Translations under genes and position numbers: made by a program
Source: Eledone cirrhosa
Taxonomy: Eukaryota
Length of the DNA: 64,000 bases
Direction of reading: 5' to 3'
Assembly (NCBI GenBank): GCA_964016885.1
Contig: OZ024741.1
Span: 313,224,001-313,288,000 of the forward strand
Shown here: in pieces, positions 55,564 through 64,000 of the stretch
Layout: each line of letters begins with the position of its first letter
Numbering within the stretch: position 1 is the stretch's first letter
Notes under the pieces: model-generated
What the model was told of the DNA's origin: nothing
Databases searched by the model: none
Seen by the model: only the letters and a program-made list of their open reading frames with translations

Positions 55564-57265
55564 TGCTTCATTTCTACAATTTGATATAGATAATTACTAT
55601 TCTTCTATATCACCTATACTCCTGAACAAAGCCTTGATATTTGCTAAAAATAGATCTAACTTAACTTTGGATGACATTAATATTATTACACATGCTAGAC
55701 TAACACTTATGGAATTTCAGAATGAATACTGGACCAGAAACACATATAGTAATCTATTTGATATTACTATGGGTTCAAGCGATTCCGCCCAAATTACTGA
55801 TCTTGTGGGCCTCTTTCTCCTTTTCAACATAAATGCTTCCTTTCCCCACCTTAAAGATGGTTTATATCGTGATGACTGTCTTCTTCTTTCCAACAACCTT
55901 AGCCTTTCAGAAATAGAAAAAAACAAAAAGCATATTATAACTTTCCTTAAAGACTATTATAGTCTCCATATTACTTTTGAAAACACAAGTAAAGTAGTTA
56001 ATTTCCTAGATATAACTTTAGACTTAGCTACGGGTATCTACCAACCTTACCATAAACCCAACCAAAACTTACACTACATACACTCACAATCTAATCACCC
56101 TAAATCTATCCTTAAAAACCTTGCATATAATATATCACTTAGAATTTCTAACCTTTCGTCTAACCAAGATGTATTCGATAAAAATGCGACCTTCTATAAC
56201 GAAGCTCTAGATAGAAGTGGCCACAAAAATAGATTAGAATATATACCTTCTACTAAAAATACTATAAACATACAACCTAATATTACCAACAAACAACAAA
56301 TGAAAAGTACACACCTAAATGCCACCCACACTATACCCCAAAATACCAACAACTCCTCTAATATAAAGTATAGTAACTCTCAAAAAACTACTCATCATAC
56401 AATTCTAATAAATGTTAATAATAAAACTCCTAATAAAAAAGATAAAACACCTAAATCTATAAATCTAACTAAAAATGTGCGTGGTGAGATCATTAACATT
56501 TATCCTCCTAGTAAACATCACGATACAACCTATAAAAATAATAAACAACATAGAAACCGTAATAGACGAGTTACTTGGTATAATGCTCCATTTAATTTAC
56601 AAATTAAGGATAATATTGGTAAAAAAATGTGTTATATCCTAGAGAAAAACTTCCCGCCAAACCACAAACACCATCAAATCTTAAATAGGTCAACAGTTAA
56701 ATTCTCATACTCAACAACCAAAAACATAAAACAAAATATAAGTGCCTATAATGCATATAAATGTAAGAATACCATAAGTATACCACCAATACATCAAACT
56801 AACCATAATATCTCCTCAAATACAGAATTAACGAAAGGTTGTAACTGTAGAAACAAAGCAAACTGCCCATTAAAAGGAAATTGTCTTGTTAACAACATAG
56901 TTTATAAATGTAATGTTAAAACTAAAGATTCTATTTGCTCATATATAGGAGCTACTTCTAACAATTTTAAGGTAAGGTTTAATACCCACAAACATAGTTT
57001 TAAAAATGCCGCACTGGCTAATACAACATCTCTAGCAGAAAAAATCAATAGTTATAAAAAGAAGAATATAGAATATGATATGACCTGGAGTGTGCTCAAA
57101 AGAGCCACCCCTTATCAAAATAATAGAAATGAATGTAGATTATGTTCCCAAGAACTATTTGAAATAATGAAATATAAGGATATCCTTTTAAATAAGCGAC
57201 AGGAATTAATTATATCGTGTAATCATAAACTAAGAAAAACATTTAAATATTATAAACCTAATTAA
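55564..57265 (+). CDS. PLE RT (from motif A) + GIY-YIG endonuclease, uninterrupted but 5'-truncated
   Basis: FLQFDIDNYYSSI, FDITMG, GLYRDD, VNFLDITL, SNHP, CNCRNKANCPL, IVYKC..YIGAT, CRLC and CNH. The 543-aa ORF has no stops. Confidence 0.88.
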
Positions 57266-57704
57266 TAATATAATTTTAGAAATTAATATATAATTTAATT
57301 TAAATGTTAGTTAACCTATAAATATAATTTAATTAAAATTCTACTACAGATGAGATTATAAAATATTGTGTAATCATAAATTGTGAAAAACTTTTAATTA
57401 TTATTAATATATACTTTGTAAATTAATTTATAGATTAATTTTAGTTTATTAAAATTCCTTTACAGATGAAATATAACAAATTATCGTGTAATCAATGACA
57501 GAGAAATATTTGTTAATATTATAAACCTAATTAATGTACAATTTAGAAATATATTTATAATTTAATTTTAATTTAGTTAACCTAAAATTTTAATTTAATT
57601 AGCTTAAAATTAAAATTCTAATACAGATGGATTGCAGAAAATCATGTAATCATAAACTGAGATAAATTTTTAAATATATACCTAATTAATATATTCTTTA
57701 CAAT

Positions 57705-57788
<84 letters not shown>

Positions 57789-58416
57789 TTTTAATTTTTG
57801 TTAACCTATAATTATATTCTACTATAGATAAAATACAAAATCTGTTTTAATTATTATATACCTAATTAACATATACTATAGAAATTAATATAACATTTTT
57901 AATTTAGTTAACCTATAATTTATATTCTACTACCGATGTAATACTTGATTTGGTTTTTTCCCTATTACTAAATTCATTTCCTAATATTGATACCATAATG
58001 TTAATATTTTTAATTTAGTTATGCTATAATGAATACTCTACTACTGTTTAACTTCAAAATTCCGCTTCAAATATTATAAACCTAAATAGTATACACCTTA
58101 GGAATCAATATATTAACTATCTTTAATTTAGTTAACCTATAATTAATAGTCTACTTATATTAAAATGCATAATTTTGCCTTCTTTCTGACATTTCCTAAT
58201 ACTGAAACTACTATGTAAACACATATTATGATCTAAATGCAGATTAATATTCTATGTTTCTTGAAACCTATATTTACTATAATCCCCCCCCCCTATAATT
58301 ATTTGTATTTGTAAGCGTGGATGTATGTATGTATATGTAAGTAGGTATGTATGTTTGGGTGTTTGTATGTGAGTTTAAAAATACATATGTGCGCATGTAA
58401 ATAAGGGTGTATGATC

Positions 58417-58480
<64 letters not shown>

Positions 58481-58598
58481 GTATATGTATATATGTATAT
58501 ATATGTGTATATGTATGTGTGTATATGTATGCGTATATATATGCCTATGTGTATATGTGTGTGTGTATATATATGCGTATGTGTGCGTGTATATGTGA

Positions 58599-58642
<44 letters not shown>

Positions 58643-58653
58643 AGTTGATGTGT

Positions 58654-58702
<49 letters not shown>

Positions 58703-59037
58703 CATATTTGTCTGACTGTATGTATTTATTTATTTATTTATTTATTTATGTTTATATATATGTATATATATATATGTATATATATGTATATATATATATA
58801 TGTATATATGTGTATGTATATGTGTGTGTGTGTGTGTGTATATATATTTATGTGTATATATATCTATATATATATATATATATGTATATGTGTGTATGTA
58901 TATCTCTTTATTTATGTATGTCTGAGTTGTGTGAGCGTGTGGTTGTATGTGTATATGCATACATGGATGTGTATGTGTGTCTATATATGCGTATATGTAT
59001 GTGTGTGTGTGTGTATATGTATGTGTATGTATGTATA

Positions 59038-59082
<45 letters not shown>

Positions 59083-60040
59083 ATGTATATGTGTGTGTGT
59101 ATATGTGTGTGTGTATGTGTGTATATATATATATATATGGGTATGTATGTGTATATGTGTATGTACATGTGTGTGTGTATATGTATATATAAATATATAT
59201 ATGTGTGTTGTGAGTGTGTGTATATATATATGTATATATATGTGTGTATATATATATGTCTATGTATTTATATGTGTATATGTATGTGTCTCTGTATATA
59301 TGTGTGTGTGTATGTGTATGTGTATATATATATGTGTGTGTATGTATATGTATATATATATATATGTGTATATATATGTATATGTATATATATATATGTA
59401 TATCGATGTGTATTTTATATTTTACTTGTTTATATATATATATATATTTTTTTCATATTTTTTTAATATTTATCTTTTTCTTTTTATTTCTAAATTTATA
59501 GATACATTTATAAATAGGCAGTTTGTCTGGCACCCGTAAATACTGACCCCCCCCCGCCTACTTTCTGTATCTGGATCTAAATATATGTGGCAGTGCTTAT
59601 GTGTGCGCCTTAATGACCATATGCTTATGGTAATAATATATACACATATATGTGTGTGGGTGTGTGTGTGTGTGTATGTTCGTGGTTATGTGTATGTTTA
59701 TGCGTATACGCGCGTGTGTGTGTGAATGTATATATATGTGTGTATATATGAATGTGTATATATTTATTTATATATTTATATACGTATATGTATTTTATCT
59801 GTAGATTATAAACATACAGAGACATTAGCCCTGAATTTTTGTATTTACATACATTTTTTCGACATGCGTATGCATGTGAACATATATTTTTATGCATATC
59901 TGTGAACGAAGTTACTTACATATATACACACACCTAACTGTATTTTCTAGATAAACTTTTGTGTATTTCATTGGTCAATTTGAACTCTGTACCCAAACAG
60001 ACCTGTAATTTTGAATTGTTATTATTATCAATAAATATAT

Positions 60041-60193
60041 TTCATTATTTCTGAAGACGGCATATATATGTGTTGGTATGTATATTAAATTTGATAGTTT
60101 GTATAATTTTGTATAATTTTGTACATATATCTGTTGAATATGCATGCCAATTCTAACACATATATGTCCTAGAAACGATCGTTAAATAATGAA
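60041..60193 (+). ncRNA. Type I hammerhead family K with ~114-nt stem II domain
   Basis: TTCATTATTT-CTGAAGA-CGGCATATATATGTGTTGG...CTAACACATATATGTCCTA-GAAAC-GATC-GTT-AAATAATGAA: perfect 10-bp stem I and palindromic stem III. Confidence 0.85.
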
Positions 60194-60390
60194 CTTTTTT
60201 TGTTTAATATAAGGAACTGTTTCATTGTTTTATTCATTATTTTTTTAATATTTTATCTTGAATCTGTATTCCGTTTATCTTTCACCGAAAGTGATTTTTG
60301 AATGCATCTCTTCTTTCCATGATATCCGGATTACATTGAGTTCTTCATACGGATTTGACACTACCGTAAACTCTTGGTAGATTTATCTAC

Positions 60391-60519
<129 letters not shown>

Positions 60520-61034
60520 AATTCATTTTATATATACTGTATGTGCCGGTGTAAAAGTTCATCCGCTGCATCTCTCGACCCATCACATTTGTGGTACAAA
60601 TCAGGTTTAGGCCTATATACGCCAGTTTAGACGACACCCCTGGTATAAGGGCTTACCTTCTCCCCAGCCGTAGATATGTTTGCCGTTGTTTATTGGCATT
60701 AAATAGAAAACATTAAAATAAACAGTAAATTGTTGTAAAATAAAAATGCATGTGAAGAAATTACAAGTTGCAAAAGTTTTATTTCAGTTAACAAAATGAT
60801 TCAACTGAACTGTTTTATTAGTAAACAATATCCTACCACACCGAGACTTGATATGCGCGAATTTTTAAAACCTAAATATTCCTTATCCAATGTGTATCAG
60901 CTTAGATGGCGATATATATTTACTGTCGTCCTGTTTTGTTTCGTGGGGAAATTACCGTAGTTTTCCGATAATTTAGATAATTCAGTGAATCAGTATACCA
61001 TTAATATAATAACTATAATATTAACACTAATATG

Positions 61035-62120
61035 AATCGCTTGTGAGGACAATGCAAGCTATGTACAGGGGTGCTGTCATTAAAGTGACAATAGAAATGG
61101 AATTTAATGAGGAATTCCAGATACAAGTAGGTGTGCCTCAATGTTCGCTCCTCAGCCCAAACCTATTACTTTATAGTTCTCCAAGCCATAACAGAGGAGT
61201 TTAAGTGCGGCTGTCTTTGGGAACTTATCTATGCTGATGATCTGGTTCTTATAGAAGGTTCAGTAGAGGGCTAGAGAATAAATTCTGGATATGGAAACAG
61301 CAGTTTGAATCAACAGGCCTGAGAGTGAACATAGCTTAAACAAAAGTGTTGATAAGTAGAAGAGAGGACAACGCTCTGATTCCATCAGGAAATTGGCCAT
61401 GTTAGATATATAGGAAAGGAACTGGCATAAATTCCATAAAATGTACGAAATGCTGATCTTGGAGACACAAGAGTTGTAGTGGGATAGTAGGCAAAGCAAC
61501 AGGTAGGGAAAACTATGTAGGCAATAGATGTACTGAGGATGTTGGCAGTAGTAATCGTTGTGATAGACACATTTTTCCAATGTAGGTGGATTCTATAGAA
61601 GTGGTTGATAGCTTCCGGTACGTAGGTGATCAGATAGGCATGGGAGAAGGGAGTTTCGATTTCATAGTATCTAGAATATGGACGGGTTGGAAGAAGTATA
61701 TGGAGCTGCATTCTCTGTTGACAAAGAAGCGTTTCTCCCTGCGTAGAAAAGGACGGTTATATGATACCTGTGTGAGATGCGAGGATGCTGCATGGTAGTT
61801 AGAAATGGACAGCAATTGCTGAATATATGCGACGGCTGGAGAGAAATGAAATAAGTATGCTCCGTTGCATGTGCAATTTTTATGTGCCTGAACGACCAAG
61901 CATAGACGAGTTGAGGAGGAAACTGGGTATAAGAGGGATAAGTTGTGGTGTGCAGGAGTGAAGGCTGAGAAGGTGTGGACATATTATGTGCATGGAGGAT
62001 GAGCGCTGGGTGAAGAAGTGCCAGGAACTCCAAGTTGAGGGAATAGGCGGTAGATATAGACCACGAAAAACATGGGCGGAGCTGGTGAAACTCACTGAGG
62101 AGATGACAAAGGACCGTGAA
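61035..62120 (+). mobile_element. RTE LINE 3' fragment (third duplicated unit)
   Basis: Near-identical to 51090-52175. Confidence 0.85.
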
Positions 62121-62400
62121 AATGCTTTAACTGAACAGTTTTATTAGTAAACAACATGCTACCACACCATCACTTGATACGCGGTAAATTTAAAAAGCTA
62201 AATATTCCTTATCCAATGTGTATCATTATTACGTGGCGATATGATTTTAGTTTCCACCCGTTTTTTTTCGTGGAGAAATTACTGGAGATTTTCCGATAGT
62301 TTAGATAATTCAGTGAATCAGTATACCATTCATTTTATAACTATGATATTCATGATAATATTATAGATATATATATGTGTGTATATATGTATGTATGTAA

Positions 62401-63725
62401 GGACACGAGGTGGTGCTACTGGTAATATGTATCCCAGTACAACCTGTCTCATGGTCGGGTCGTTGGCGACAAAACTATGAACCCCATGAGATTTCTTGGT
62501 GAGGAGGGTGACTCTGGACATCCTGCAGGACTAAAAACAAAACCTGTCAAAGGACAAAGCAGCTCTTAAGAATCAATGGCCATCCAAAATCACCGGGAGA
62601 GATGACCCCTTACCCTTTGTCAAGGCAGTATTCTAGGAGAAGGAAAACTCTGATATAACACCTGCAACCCTGATGGTAACCAATGATGTTGACTTGTTCT
62701 TCTTTTTGGTAAATATCATCTTGGTTAGGGAGACGGACAGATTTTGTGCAGTGCCTTTGCTAACTACAAAAGCTTCACGGTACAGGCATTGCTTTATATC
62801 TGGAGATCTCTCTGCACTTGTCACATGGTACCATGGGCCCAGCACTATGTGTCAATAATTGTCACAGGTGTAGTGTTTGTACCAGAGTTTTCAAGTCGCT
62901 GGCTGGACTAAACAGTCACACTCGTTCAGCGCATCGGTAGGAGTTCTCCTACATGGATAGAAAGAAAAGGCCGTACTCGAAAACGAGTTGGCAGCCACCA
63001 TGTATATATGTATCTATATATATGTATGTATATGTATGTATGTGTATATATATGTATGTGTATATATATATATATGTGTATATGAATATCTGTATGTATA
63101 TGTATGTGTATATATGTATGTCAGGACACCATTTGGTGCTAGTAGTAACATGTATCCCAGTAGGACCTGTCTCTTGGTCGGGTCGTTGGCGACTAAACTG
63201 GCAACCCAACCAAGGTTTCTTGGTGAGGAGGGTGACTTTGGACATCTTGCAGGTCTAAAAACAAAACGTTTCAATGGGCAAAGGATCTCTTAAGAGTCAA
63301 TGGCCATCCAAAATCACCGGGAGAGATGACCACTTAGCCTTTGTCAAGGCAGAATTCTAGGAGAAGGAAAACTACGATATAACACCTGCAACCCTGATGG
63401 TATCCAATGATGTTGACTTGTTCTTCATTTTGGTAAATATCATCTTGGTTAAGGGAGAGGGACAGACTTTGTGCAGTGCCTTTGCTCACTATAAAAGCTT
63501 CACGGTACAGGCATTGCTTTATATCTGGAGATCTCTCTGCACTTGTCACATGGTACCATGGGCCGAGCACAATGTGTCAATAATTGTCACAGTTGTAGTG
63601 TTTGTACCTGAGGTTTCAATTCGCTGGCTGGACTAAATAGTCACACACGCTCAGTACATCGGTAGGGGTTCTCCTACATGGATATAAAGTAGTGACCGTA
63701 CTCAAAATCGAGTTGGCAGCCACCA
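62401..63725 (+). mobile_element. Tandem pair of the ~610-bp RTE-derived element (62401-63000; 63120-63725)
   Basis: Homologous to 16900-17508. Separated and flanked by (TATG)-like microsatellite. Confidence 0.7.
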
Positions 63726-64000
63726 CCATGTATGTTTTTATGTTTGTATGTATTTATGTATGTATGTATGTGTGTGTGTAAGTGTGTATGTATGCATTTA
63801 TATATATACAGTATATTATATATATATTGTAGAATATGGTAAAATTTGGAAGGATTATATATGAAATTTTTCTTATAATATTTTTTGTTACTTTCATAAT
63901 GTTATAAGCATTGCATTTAATTGAACTAAAAATCCAAGTATTTTTTTATAGAGAATCGATATAATATTCAATAAATCTACAACTTCATTTGTTTAGCCGA

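Larger units (their letters stand above)
53193..60385 (+). mobile_element. 5'-truncated Naiad-type Penelope-like element with ~2.4-kb inverted arms, inserted in (TA)n
   Basis: 53193-55553 is the inverse of 57895-60256. ~130-bp tail to 60385. The host intron resumes at ~60510. Confidence 0.92.

Noticed and set aside
55564-57265. Selenocysteine recoding as described for some Naiad elements
   Set aside because: No in-frame TGA in this ORF. The stop in the 19.8-20.4 kb element is TAA and the 35.7-kb element is broken by frameshifts.

Overview
AT-rich animal genomic DNA saturated with (TA)n, (CA)n and (TATG)n microsatellites. The repeat repertoire resembles octopus/coleoid cephalopod DNA, but this is an inference. 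Almost all ORF-track entries (IYIY/HTHT/CVCV) are microsatellite artefacts. The only host-gene signal is a + strand series of tandemly duplicated 135-bp phase-1/1 exons encoding an 8-Cys EGF/laminin-EGF-like module (MEGF10/SCARF-like): two intact, one Cys-mutated and two decayed, each in a duplicated intron unit. The rest is transposon-derived: RTE and CR1-like LINE relics, four Penelope-like elements (three Naiad-type with GLYRDD and/or CxCx5C, one Neptune-type) with inverted and direct pseudo-LTRs, a Chapaev-like DNA transposon, a non-autonomous Helitron, tRNA-derived SINEs and a 0.6-kb RTE-derived bipartite element. The main unexplained layer is RNA-level. By eye I find about 24 type-I hammerhead ribozyme motifs from about 11 unrelated sequence families. 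They sit in the Penelope pseudo-LTRs and in ORF-less 0.5-kb tandem or palindromic repeats that look like non-autonomous retrozymes, and include variants with very long stem II and U3-A8 core covariation. Coordinates were read by eye and element borders are approximate.
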